This document shows, piece after piece, positions 9,446-17,414 of a stretch of 64,000 nt of DNA. The DNA lies in assembly GCA_964397755.1 (NCBI GenBank), contig CAYNJY010000004.1, positions 1,117 to 65,116 on the forward strand, written 5' to 3'. Origin of the DNA: an uncultured Gammaproteobacteria bacterium. GTDB lineage: Bacteria; Patescibacteriota; Microgenomatia; UBA10105; UBA927. The notes under the pieces were generated by a model. It saw nothing but the letters and a program-made list of their open reading frames with translations. It was not told the origin of the DNA and ran no database searches. Position 1 is the stretch's first letter. Every line of letters starts with the position of its first letter. A program made the translations under genes and the position numbers.

Positions 9446-10141
9446 CTACCGAGCCATGGTGACACCCCAGACAAATTGAGTACCACTTCTTTTCAAAACA
9501 TTGGCTGCCGATCGCATAGTTGCACCGGTCGTAAAGACATCATCAAATAAAAATACATTGTTCCATTGTTTCATTGCTACATTGTTAGCTGCAAAAACTT
9601 TTTCCATATTTTTAAGCCTCTCCTCCCTCTTCTTCACTTCGACTTGCGGAGTCGTTTTACGAACTCGATACAGCAAATCCGTTCGCATGGGAATCTGCAA
9701 TTGTTGGGCAATGAGCGCGCCCAATATTTCTGCCTGATTATAGCCTCTTTCTCGAAGACGAGTAGGATGAAGCGGAATGGGAATTAAAAAAGAGCTTAGG
9801 GGCTTAGTGCTTAGCAGCTTAGTAAGATCAACAAAAGAAGAGGAAGGAATAAGGGTAGTAAATTCTTGGGCGAGATCGTAGACGTAGCGGTATTTCAATG
9901 CTTTGACCGCCTTTCGAATACTGCCGTCATAGTGGAAAAAGCTTGTTAAACCATCGAGGCCGTAGCGGGTTCTACACCGCGGGTGCGTTGCGCCGCCAAT
10001 GGCAGGCCGCTCGCAGACCGGACAGATCGCCTCATTTCGTTCGATAACCCGAATAATTGAAGTACATCGTTGACAAAAATATTTCCCACCTTTTCCGCAC
10101 CCCAAACAGCGCTTCGGAAAAACAATATCAAGAATCTTCAC
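9446..10141 (-). CDS. comFC: ComF family protein (double zinc ribbon plus phosphoribosyltransferase domain)
   Basis: CxxC...CxxC pairs (RCLGCGK, CQRC, CPVCERP) and a PRTase motif (VFLFDDVFTTGATM). The start is moved to GTG 10141, which follows a strong AAGGAGG Shine-Dalgarno. The longer ORF in the track (to 10273) overlaps the tmRNA gene. Confidence 0.8.
   Translation of the reverse strand: MKILDIVFPKRCLGCGKGGKYFCQRCTSIIRVIERNEAICPVCERPAIGGATHPRCRTRYGLDGLTSFFHYDGSIRKAVKALKYRYVYDLAQEFTTLIPSSSFVDLTKLLSTKPLSSFLIPIPLHPTRLRERGYNQAEILGALIAQQLQIPMRTDLLYRVRKTTPQVEVKKREERLKNMEKVFAANNVAMKQWNNVFLFDDVFTTGATMRSAANVLKRSGTQFVWGVTMAR
9556..9592. repeat. CAATGNNN-type octamer repeat (reverse orientation) inside comFC
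   Basis: acattgttccattgtttcattgctacattgtt. It encodes NNVAMKQWNNV just before the PRTase motif. Confidence 0.75.
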
Positions 10142-10203
10142 AAAAAGACCTCCTTGTCTATTGTACAAGGAGGTGCTTGCACTGAGACACTCTTGTGTCG
10201 AAG

Positions 10204-10590
10204 TGGAGACGGAGAGGAGTGAGCTCTCGTCCAGAATGACGATCCCAACACATCTACAGGCGTAGTCAATCATTGTTGTCGTCTCTTCCTGATCCGATTG
10301 ACAGGAAAGAAAAGATCAAGACGTATTGTTCTTCGTCTTAATTGGAACGTCGAACCATTAAGACTGCATCCCGGCTTTGTTTACACCTCAAGAATGTCAC
10401 CGAGAAAACGTTCAAGAGATGGCCTTACGCCTCTGCAAAGAGATATGCTCTCGGTGCTCGAGATGCGTAAAAGGCTGCTTCAGCTTGTTCAGCATCAGCA
10501 TTTATTGGTTTGACGGTTGTTTAACGACCACCCATCAAGGTCGGCCTGCAGTGTTAAAGAGCATCACTCTGTCGAATCTTGTACGTCCCC
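10204..10590 (-). ncRNA. ssrA: tmRNA (ssrA)
   Basis: The minus-strand 5' end is GGGGACGTACAAGATTCGACAGAG, nearly identical to the Bacillus subtilis tmRNA 5' end (GGGGACGTTACGGATTCGACAGGG). The 3' end is GGAC-GAGAG-CTCACTC-CTCTC-CGTCTCC-A. This matches the B. subtilis tRNA-like domain architecture (GGAC GTGGG TTCGACT CCCAC CGTCTCC A) and pairs with the 5' GGGGACG. It lies immediately upstream of smpB on the same strand. Confidence 0.7.
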
Positions 10591-10595
10591 GTTGT

Positions 10596-11039
10596 TTATT
10601 TCACCTTCCCCCGAAACTCAACTTCCAGTTCTCTTCGCTGGTCTTCCCGCTTTATGGCCTCCCGCTTCTCGTACTTCTTTTTCCCACGGGCAAGACCAAT
10701 CTCAAGCTTGATCCGGGAGCCTCTAGTATACCAAGCAAGCGGAACCAAGGTCAAACTGGCTCCGTCGATCTTGCCCTTCAAACTCATTATTTCCTTTTTG
10801 TGCAAAAGAAGCTTCCGTGTCCGTTTGGGGTCGTAGCCCTCCGGACGCGCAAAGATGTAGGGAAATATCTGGGCATTGACGAGGTACGCTTCTGAACCGA
10901 TGACCCGCACAAACGATCCCTCTAAACTCGCGTGCCCGCCGCGCAGCGACTTGACCTCCTGACCGGTCAGGTGCACCCCTGCCTCGAGGCGATCAGTAAT
11001 CGTATAGTCATAGGTGGCTTTGCGATGTACGATTCTCAT
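10596..11039 (-). CDS. smpB: SsrA-binding protein
   Basis: Start at internal ATG 11039 (MRIVHRKATYDYTI...). The body and the basic C-terminal tail (KKKYEKREAIKREDQRRELE) are characteristic of SmpB. Confidence 0.9.
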   Translation of the reverse strand: MRIVHRKATYDYTITDRLEAGVHLTGQEVKSLRGGHASLEGSFVRVIGSEAYLVNAQIFPYIFARPEGYDPKRTRKLLLHKKEIMSLKGKIDGASLTLVPLAWYTRGSRIKLEIGLARGKKKYEKREAIKREDQRRELEVEFRGKVK

Positions 11040-11047
11040 GGTCGTTT

Positions 11048-12826
11048 CTACTTCAAGGTGAGTGCGTAGATCTTCCCCTCTGCAAGAAGGAGAATTTTCC
11101 GCTGTGCCTCTGAGACGACCATTTGGGTCGGAATGAGGCTCCCTTCCCACACGTACTGGGCCAGGTACAAGCCGTCTTTGTCAAGAACCACAATCCGCTT
11201 GTTCACGCGATCAAGGACATAGGCGTTCTTTGCGCTATCGCTCGTGTAGACGAACAGATCACCCCCAAACGCCGGCTCAACGCCTTTGGGTAGAAACGTC
11301 ACGTCTCTTCCCTGCACGAATCGCACAATTTTCCCGTCCGGCGTTCCCACCCATACTGATCCGTCAATTGCCATCCCTGTTGCCTTCGACAAATCCGGAA
11401 GCGTATCGGGATTGAGGTACTCGCGACGTTCGGAAAAACCGTTTTCTGTGGCAACGTACTTCCAAATACGACTTTTCTCTCTGTCCAGGAGGTAAAGATT
11501 GCCCCCGTACGAAACAACACTCGATATCGTACCCCACTCTGCGTCTTTCCGAACAATGTCTGCTACCACTTTGTTGTCGCTCGTTCGTATCTCATGAATG
11601 CCGCTCGGGACGAGGATGTAAATCTTGTCTCCGTGGGAGGCAACGGCCGTAGCACCGGACAACCGTTCTCCACTCAACACCACGGCGCCGCTTTTGTTAG
11701 AAACCGACACCGCATAGACTGCATTCACGGCGTAATCCACAATGCCAAGCATGTCTCCAGAAAGAGCAAAACCAGAAACGACGGCGCCTTTGCGCAGTAA
11801 GCTCACGTCATAAAACAGCTCTGGTTCTGTCTGTGTGATGTGCATTGCAGACGTCAGATTTGCCACGGCATCTTCGTAAAGCTCAATCACCTGTCTTCCC
11901 TCTTTGGACCGCTTCGGGACACTCAAAAGGAGTGGCGCGAGGGTCTCTTTTGCCATGGTGAGCCGTTCCCGGCCTTTCACTGGATTGAGATCCAGTATCG
12001 CCATGCCTTCATCGAAGGCGCGCTGCGCTCCGGTGAGCGCCTCGCGTACGAGCGTGTTTCTCTTTACCCCAACCTGTTTCTGAATACCCAAAACCACGCT
12101 CCCGATAAATAGTATTGTCGAGGCAAGTGCGATAAGGGCGTAGAGACTGAAGCGTAGAGGAAAAACGCTTCCAGTGCGCCTCCATAGAGCCCCAAACATA
12201 TCTCTTCTCCTCGCTGACTCCGGCGGTCGTGCTTGCGCAACAACTGTGTGTGCCACTGTCTCCTCTGCCGTTTCAATGGAGGAGACTTGGAATATGAGTG
12301 CCGCTCCGCCTTCGCCACCCTGTTTCCCATGGAGCAAAACGGTAAGCTTTTCCGCGACGTCCGCCGGCGGAAGATGGTCAAAGATGTGCCCTAGCTCATC
12401 CGTTGAAAGCGCCATAAGAAATCCTCGTGTAGCAAGAAGGAGACTGTCCCCTCCGGCTACGTTTCCCGAGATCTCTCCCATACCATCAACGAGGGTGGCT
12501 ATCTTCTCTCCGCGCTTAAGGTACACGCGCCCACTGCCACGAACCACGAGGTACAACACCGCGCCAACAGGAACAAGGAGCAGAAGTGAGCGCACCGAAC
12601 CATCTACCATGGAATCTGCAATAGCCGCAAGCCCTCCAAGACTTTTTGGAGGAAAGACGAGGAGTCGAGACAATTTTGTCAAAAGTCCCACACCGTGCTG
12701 ACGCGCAACAGGATCCTCCGTCTCAACCTCTAATACACCAAATGCTGCCGGTGATTGGAGTACCTGTCCCCAGACGGTCTCTGTCGAGTGTCCGACAACC
12801 GTTGCAATGACTGGCCGAATCTGCAT
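11048..12826 (-). CDS. hypothetical membrane-anchored protein with repeat-rich C-terminal domain
   Basis: Start at ATG 12826 (MQIRPVIATVV...). About 260 aa cytoplasmic region, one TM helix (LYALIALASTILFIGSVVLGI), then about 300 aa of beta-rich repeats (possible propeller). No motif recognised. Confidence 0.55.
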   Translation of the reverse strand: MQIRPVIATVVGHSTETVWGQVLQSPAAFGVLEVETEDPVARQHGVGLLTKLSRLLVFPPKSLGGLAAIADSMVDGSVRSLLLLVPVGAVLYLVVRGSGRVYLKRGEKIATLVDGMGEISGNVAGGDSLLLATRGFLMALSTDELGHIFDHLPPADVAEKLTVLLHGKQGGEGGAALIFQVSSIETAEETVAHTVVAQARPPESARRRDMFGALWRRTGSVFPLRFSLYALIALASTILFIGSVVLGIQKQVGVKRNTLVREALTGAQRAFDEGMAILDLNPVKGRERLTMAKETLAPLLLSVPKRSKEGRQVIELYEDAVANLTSAMHITQTEPELFYDVSLLRKGAVVSGFALSGDMLGIVDYAVNAVYAVSVSNKSGAVVLSGERLSGATAVASHGDKIYILVPSGIHEIRTSDNKVVADIVRKDAEWGTISSVVSYGGNLYLLDREKSRIWKYVATENGFSERREYLNPDTLPDLSKATGMAIDGSVWVGTPDGKIVRFVQGRDVTFLPKGVEPAFGGDLFVYTSDSAKNAYVLDRVNKRIVVLDKDGLYLAQYVWEGSLIPTQMVVSEAQRKILLLAEGKIYALTLK

Positions 12827-12878
12827 AGCAGCTGTAGCGTAGCACACTAGCCGTGAAAGCGCACGAGCATGGAGGAAC

Positions 12879-13091
12879 TTACAGAAGGACCGCTGCCAAG
12901 ACAAGAACGGCGATGGCTGCGATGAAGTGAGCAACGGTGAGCACCTTGAGTACCGGCTCAAAGGCATCTTCGAGTACGTTCTCCATGAGTTGCTCCTGTC
13001 GAATCATTACTGCCGCAAACAGGACATACAGGAGGAGTCCGATGAGGGCCAGCGTTTTTACGAATATCAGGATGGTTGCAGACAGTACCAT
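12879..13091 (-). CDS. small two-TM membrane protein
   Basis: 70 aa, two hydrophobic helices. It is packed tightly between the bPH-domain gene and the large membrane protein on the same strand. Confidence 0.4.
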   Translation of the reverse strand: MVLSATILIFVKTLALIGLLLYVLFAAVMIRQEQLMENVLEDAFEPVLKVLTVAHFIAAIAVLVLAAVLL

Positions 13092-13093
13092 AG

Positions 13094-13750
13094 TTACGGC
13101 GAGTTTTGTCTGCCTGCTTGGGCCGCAAGCTCTCCGATCGCTTGCACAACTTTCTCTGGATTTGGGACTCCAAGGAACTCAAAGTTCGGCAGTCCCCCTG
13201 CGGTCTGAACGTACACGTTGCCGTAGTTAAAAAGGGCCGAGAGAATGCCTCCTGACTTATAGGTGACATCCTGAATCTTTGTGAGTCGGGCTTCTGAAAA
13301 TTCTTTATACAGAAGGTTGATGAAATCGACATCGACAACTCTGTGGTTTGTTACAATGTAGATGTTAAAAAACCACCGGAGGAAACCAGTCAGTACAAGA
13401 CCAAAAGTTGCGACGTACCAGAAGAGCGTCCCTATAACGATGTAACTCGACGGCAGCTTTACAGGGAGAAGGGAGAATTTCAGAAAAAAGGGGAAGAGAA
13501 CTGATGGTGCAAATAAAAGGGTAAGGATAAGAACGGCACGTGGCACAAGGAAGATGACGTGCTGCCGAAGAAACAGAATTACTTCCTCCCCGCGCTCTTG
13601 CGTTTCAAACCGCACCCCCCCAGGGCTTACGGCGAAACAGGTGAGCGGCCCCATGGGGATTCGTGCTCTTTGCACCTCAGCGGTCACACCCTGTTTTTCT
13701 TTCTTTGCAACTGGCTTCTCCCGACGTGATGAGTCAAAGAGTGTCGGCAT
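13094..13750 (-). CDS. membrane protein with bacterial PH-like (bPH_2/YdbS-like) domain
   Basis: Two N-terminal TM helices followed by a domain ending VTNHRVVDVDFINLLYKEFSEARLTKIQDV..YKSGGILSALFNYGNVYVQTAGG, typical of the bPH_2 family. Start at ATG 13750 to avoid overlap with the upstream gene. Confidence 0.55.
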   Translation of the reverse strand: MPTLFDSSRREKPVAKKEKQGVTAEVQRARIPMGPLTCFAVSPGGVRFETQERGEEVILFLRQHVIFLVPRAVLILTLLFAPSVLFPFFLKFSLLPVKLPSSYIVIGTLFWYVATFGLVLTGFLRWFFNIYIVTNHRVVDVDFINLLYKEFSEARLTKIQDVTYKSGGILSALFNYGNVYVQTAGGLPNFEFLGVPNPEKVVQAIGELAAQAGRQNSP

Positions 13751-13763
13751 CGAGCATATTGTA

Positions 13764-15491
13764 CTACTTCCGTTCAATATTAAAAAGGCTGTTGCGGATC
13801 GATATGTAGCCTGGCGCACGAAGATTAAAGACTTGCTTAAAATCAGCTCCTGAGATAGTAGCACCCCCTCGATTGGTCTGCAGAATCACGCTTTCGGTAT
13901 ATCCGCCGCTGTTGTATGTAACTGAAATGGACGAAACAGACGAATATGCGCCACCGAGGCTGCTTGCCGCTTCGCGCATTTCGCTCATGGAATAGGGATT
14001 TCCTGAAGCACCGCCAATTGAGCAACTATTTATCGTTACCGGAAGTACCCTACTCTTGTCACCGCCTTGAGTTAAGACCACCCAGGCATTGAGGATATCC
14101 GCAAATTCCTCTCCTGTAAGCCACGGATGAGACCGACCGCACTTCCCTGAGGAGTTATAGTAGTCGGCGGTGTACCATCCTTTGTAAAACCAAGGGCTGC
14201 CCGCAATCTTTTCGTACGCGCCGTTTGTCCAGCATCCCTGATTCCCACAGGTTGTGTCCCACCCCATGGTCGAAAGGTACCCTCCGGTTGTCGAGGAATA
14301 GTAGCCAACAACGTCCTCAAGAATCTGGCCGCGCGTCTCCTCCACCGCAGACCGCCACTCTGCCGGAGGGCTATCAGCTTTTGATTTTGAAAACACCTGA
14401 CATGCTTGCGTCGTACAAATCGTCAAACCGCCCGTTTTGTAGCGCCAAGCATAGGTGCGAGCAGCCACGGCTTGCGCCTTGAGCGCTTCTTTCGGAAACG
14501 AGGAAGGCATCTCGGCAATCCCCATGAGGTAGAAGCTCTCAAACTCAAGGTTGCCGTAGCCAGAAACACTGATCGTGCCTCCGGTGTCCTTCTCCACCGG
14601 CTCTTTGCCGTAGTACGCGCGCAGAATATCCCGGTACCCCTGCCCACTCTCTGCCCTTCCTTTCGCGCCGTACTGACTCATGCCTTTTTTGTGCGTATAG
14701 GCGCCAAAGGAAAATCCTCCAAAAGCCGGCCGGAAGCCCGGATCGAATTCCGGCGAGGCGTTCGGGTCATCGGCAAGGGGAACATCACCCAAACTTGTGG
14801 TAAACGTGCCTGAGCGAGCATTTAAGATCGCCTGCTGCTGCGCGGTTAAGCTTGCGATGAAGCCAGATATTTTCGTTTGGTAGGCACGAGCCTCGCCAAC
14901 GAGCTTTCGCACACTGACCGCTCGCCGGTCGGTTTCTTCCCTGAGGTACGCGAGCGTCCCTTTTTCTTTCTCAAGCACCCTCTTTTTGCCCTCAAGAGTA
15001 TGCACCAGCACCGCAACCTGACTAATTGCCTTCTTGTCTTCGTTAATCACCGCTCTCTGGTAGGCAAACATCCGAACAACCGATCCGACATTCGTGCCAC
15101 TGAGAAACGGCGTGAGGGAACTAAAAGAGGAGGTTTTCCGGTAGAGCTGTCCGATGCGCCGGCTCGCAAGGAGAAGGAGGTTTCCGAGTTCGCGTTCGCC
15201 TGTATCTATTGCAGCTGACTTCCGTGACACATCAGCCTCAATGATTTTAATGCGATTTTGGAACGCAGTGATGTCGGCCTCCATCTTGCGAAGCGCGTCT
15301 TCGTGTGGCTTTTTTGCAACCTCCATTTGGTTCCACGCTTCCTGACACTTCCCTATTTTCTGCCGACATTCATCAACGCCACTGCAAGTTGGGTCGCACG
15401 TCTGAGCAGATACCACCGGTACCAGCTTGAAACAGAATACCGCGTTGATACAGACACTAAAAATGGCGAGTCCAACTACGTTTTTTCGCAT
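13764..15491 (-). CDS. SpoIID/LytB domain protein (secreted, with N-terminal coiled-coil region)
   Basis: Signal peptide, a long coiled-coil segment, then a SpoIID/LytB core (SGYGNLEFESFYLMGIAEMP...AQAVAARTYA). Confidence 0.75.
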   Translation of the reverse strand: MRKNVVGLAIFSVCINAVFCFKLVPVVSAQTCDPTCSGVDECRQKIGKCQEAWNQMEVAKKPHEDALRKMEADITAFQNRIKIIEADVSRKSAAIDTGERELGNLLLLASRRIGQLYRKTSSFSSLTPFLSGTNVGSVVRMFAYQRAVINEDKKAISQVAVLVHTLEGKKRVLEKEKGTLAYLREETDRRAVSVRKLVGEARAYQTKISGFIASLTAQQQAILNARSGTFTTSLGDVPLADDPNASPEFDPGFRPAFGGFSFGAYTHKKGMSQYGAKGRAESGQGYRDILRAYYGKEPVEKDTGGTISVSGYGNLEFESFYLMGIAEMPSSFPKEALKAQAVAARTYAWRYKTGGLTICTTQACQVFSKSKADSPPAEWRSAVEETRGQILEDVVGYYSSTTGGYLSTMGWDTTCGNQGCWTNGAYEKIAGSPWFYKGWYTADYYNSSGKCGRSHPWLTGEEFADILNAWVVLTQGGDKSRVLPVTINSCSIGGASGNPYSMSEMREAASSLGGAYSSVSSISVTYNSGGYTESVILQTNRGGATISGADFKQVFNLRAPGYISIRNSLFNIERK

Positions 15492-15569
15492 ATCCGGAAT
15501 TACTTCATTGTATCATCGGAGGCTACTCTTGCGCTTCCTTTTCTATACCCCTTTTGCTACACTATTTCT

Positions 15570-16352
15570 GTGAAAGATCTACTCCGCATTCTAGCAATCT
15601 TTATACTCTCTTTTTGGGTGTTCATGCATCCCACAGGAGCAGGGGCGGCGAGTTGTGGTGATATCATCTTGTCTCTAGACCCGCCGGCACCCGCACAGAA
15701 TCAAAACGTAGACGCAATTATCACCATTTCCAATAACGACAAACTGGAGCTCTACGTCGATGCTCGAAGTTCGACGAGCACATTGCGTCGTATAGTCCAA
15801 ACGGTTCTTTCCCGAAAAGTAAAAACGATACAGGGGCCGGTCACCAATCTCCGCGTCCCAATGGGTACACTGAAAAAAAGCGACTACGTGATGTGGCTTG
15901 AACGGTCAACGCTCTTTGGGCCGCTGCGAGCTGACCCGAATGTCTGCTCCCAAACGTTCACAGTGTCTGAAACAGGTGGTCAGGTTAGCTCTGAAATACT
16001 CCGCAATGTCTGTCGGACCGTGTCAGAGAAAGACGGAAAGAAAAAAACATGTGAAGAGTGCTTCTTAAACCGTGGCGGCGCATGGACCGCGCTCGGCTGC
16101 ATCGAGATAACACCGGACAAATTTATTCAAAAATTTCTCTCCTTCGGCGTGAGTGTCGGCGGGGGCATCGCGTTCCTCCTTGTTCTGTTCGGTGGCTTCC
16201 AGGTTCTCACGAGTGCCGGAAACCCGGAACGCTTGATCGCCGGGAAAGAGCTCGTCGGCGCAGCAATCTCCGGCCTTCTCCTTATCATCTTCTCGCTCTT
16301 TCTCCTCCGACTCGTTGGATTGACTATACTTGGGCTCCCCGGATTTGAGTAA
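15570..16352 (+). CDS. pilin-like protein with N-terminal Cys-containing ectodomain fused to a VirB2/TrbC-like two-helix pilin module
   Basis: Start at GTG 15570 gives a signal-peptide-like N-terminus. A roughly 170 aa domain with 6 Cys follows. The C-terminal 70 aa are FLLVLFGGFQVLTSAGNPERLIAGKELVGAAISGLLLIIFSLFLL, which has the same helix-GGxK loop-helix pattern as the pilin paralogs at 25.7-28.0 kb. Confidence 0.55.
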   Translation: MKDLLRILAIFILSFWVFMHPTGAGAASCGDIILSLDPPAPAQNQNVDAIITISNNDKLELYVDARSSTSTLRRIVQTVLSRKVKTIQGPVTNLRVPMGTLKKSDYVMWLERSTLFGPLRADPNVCSQTFTVSETGGQVSSEILRNVCRTVSEKDGKKKTCEECFLNRGGAWTALGCIEITPDKFIQKFLSFGVSVGGGIAFLLVLFGGFQVLTSAGNPERLIAGKELVGAAISGLLLIIFSLFLLRLVGLTILGLPGFE

Positions 16353-16353
16353 C

Positions 16354-16707
16354 ATGGTATCTATGAAAAACCTCCTTGCTCAGGCACTGACTCTTCCGGA
16401 TAACACCAAGCTCGTGTACCCAAACGAGTTTCAAGATTTCCAGACTCGCTTTCCATCTCTTGGGAGTATCCTGACCATGGCACTGCGATTTATCTTTGCC
16501 TTTGCCGGAATTGGGCTCCTCCTTATGATTCTCTCCTCTGGTTTTACACTCCTCACGAGCGGCGGGGACCCAAAAAAACTTGAGATGGGAAGAAACCGAA
16601 TCACCAATGCGATTGTTGGGTTTGTGATTATTTTCGTCGCGTTTTGGCTGACGCAACTTATGGGAATTATCTTTGGTATTGCCGAGATCGGTACAATCTT
16701 CAAGTAG
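16354..16707 (+). CDS. VirB2/TrbC-like T4SS pilin family protein (paralog 2)
   Basis: 117 aa. FAFAGIGLLLMILSSGFTLLTSGGDPKKLEMGRNRITNAIVGFVIIFVAFWLTQLMG, two hydrophobic helices flanking a conserved SGGD-KKL--RNRITN loop. Confidence 0.6.
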   Translation: MVSMKNLLAQALTLPDNTKLVYPNEFQDFQTRFPSLGSILTMALRFIFAFAGIGLLLMILSSGFTLLTSGGDPKKLEMGRNRITNAIVGFVIIFVAFWLTQLMGIIFGIAEIGTIFK

Positions 16708-16709
16708 CG

Positions 16710-17411
16710 CTAAGTCCCGAATCGCCGCTGTCGCCTGAAAAACTCCGCAATTACCTCATCAAGCTTCTCGGGGGTAAACTCCGGCATGTACCACGGAGGA
16801 AAAACAATTTCACTGTACTCGCTTTGCCAAAGAAGAAACCCGCTCAAACGCTGCTCGCCACCGGGACGAACGATGAGATCCGGATCGGGAATGCCTGCGG
16901 TGTCCAAGAGCGAAGAAAAGATTTGTTCGCTCAATTTGAAATTTGAAATTTGAAATTTGAAATTTCCGTGCAATCTTTGGATTGCACGGATGATCTCGTC
17001 TCTTCCGCCGTAGTTCAACGCAAACACTACCGTAATTTTTGTATTGTCCTTCGTTTGTTCAACCACCTTCTCAAGGGCATTTTTTATATCCGGCGCGAAC
17101 TTTGATATATCGCCTATTGCCAACACGCGCACACCTTTCTCATGAAGCCTTTGCCAGCGCTTCTGTATGACGTGTCGAAAGAGGCGCATGACTCCCTCCA
17201 CCTCCCTTTTGTCCCGCTGCCAATTCTCTGTTGACCAGGCCCAGAAGGTCATGAACTTAACGCCCCGCTTGGCGGCATACTCAATGAGGGGTTCTAAAAT
17301 TTTGTCCGTCACCCGCCGATGTCCTTCCAGAACCGGCAATCCCTGCTCCCGCGCCCACCGCCGATTGCCGTCCATGATGACGGCGATATGTTGAGGGATA
17401 TTTTTTCCCAT
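16710..17411 (-). CDS. uppS: undecaprenyl diphosphate synthase (cis-prenyltransferase)
   Basis: Conserved motifs HIAVIMDGNRRWA, FWAWSTENWQR and RPGGEQRLSGFLLWQSEYSE. It carries an in-frame insertion, NFKFQISNFKL, encoded by an (AAATTTC)n tandem repeat. Confidence 0.85.
   Translation of the reverse strand: MGKNIPQHIAVIMDGNRRWAREQGLPVLEGHRRVTDKILEPLIEYAAKRGVKFMTFWAWSTENWQRDKREVEGVMRLFRHVIQKRWQRLHEKGVRVLAIGDISKFAPDIKNALEKVVEQTKDNTKITVVFALNYGGRDEIIRAIQRLHGNFKFQISNFKLSEQIFSSLLDTAGIPDPDLIVRPGGEQRLSGFLLWQSEYSEIVFPPWYMPEFTPEKLDEVIAEFFRRQRRFGT
16932..16966. repeat. heptamer tandem repeat (GAAATTT)x4-5 inside uppS
   Basis: Plus strand reads caatttgaaatttgaaatttgaaatttgaaatttcc. The same unit in the same coding orientation recurs at 49165-49205. 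Confidence 0.85.
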
Positions 17412-17414
17412 ATC

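Noticed and set aside
9446-10273. Long form of comFC starting at ATG 10273
   Set aside because: The first 44 codons overlap the tRNA-like 3' domain of the tmRNA and have no ComF similarity. GTG 10141 with a perfect AAGGAGG spacer gives the conserved N-terminal zinc-ribbon start.
10274-10895. ORFs 10298-10513, 10377-10895 and 10517-10711 on the plus strand, and the N-terminal extension of the smpB ORF to 11150
   Set aside because: They lie antisense to, or on top of, the tmRNA gene and smpB. They have no motifs and a composition typical of out-of-frame translation. The smpB start at 11039 gives the canonical N-terminus.
15258-15569. Upstream part of ORF 15258-16352 (MERSDVGLHLAKRV...)
   Set aside because: It overlaps the convergent SpoIID/LytB gene on the other strand and has no signal-peptide character. 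The GTG at 15570 gives a plausible secreted protein.
16925-16970. Possibility that the heptamer and octamer arrays are a CRISPR array
   Set aside because: The units are 7-8 nt with no unique spacers of 25-40 nt. The copies are scattered and embedded in coding frames, and no cas genes are present.
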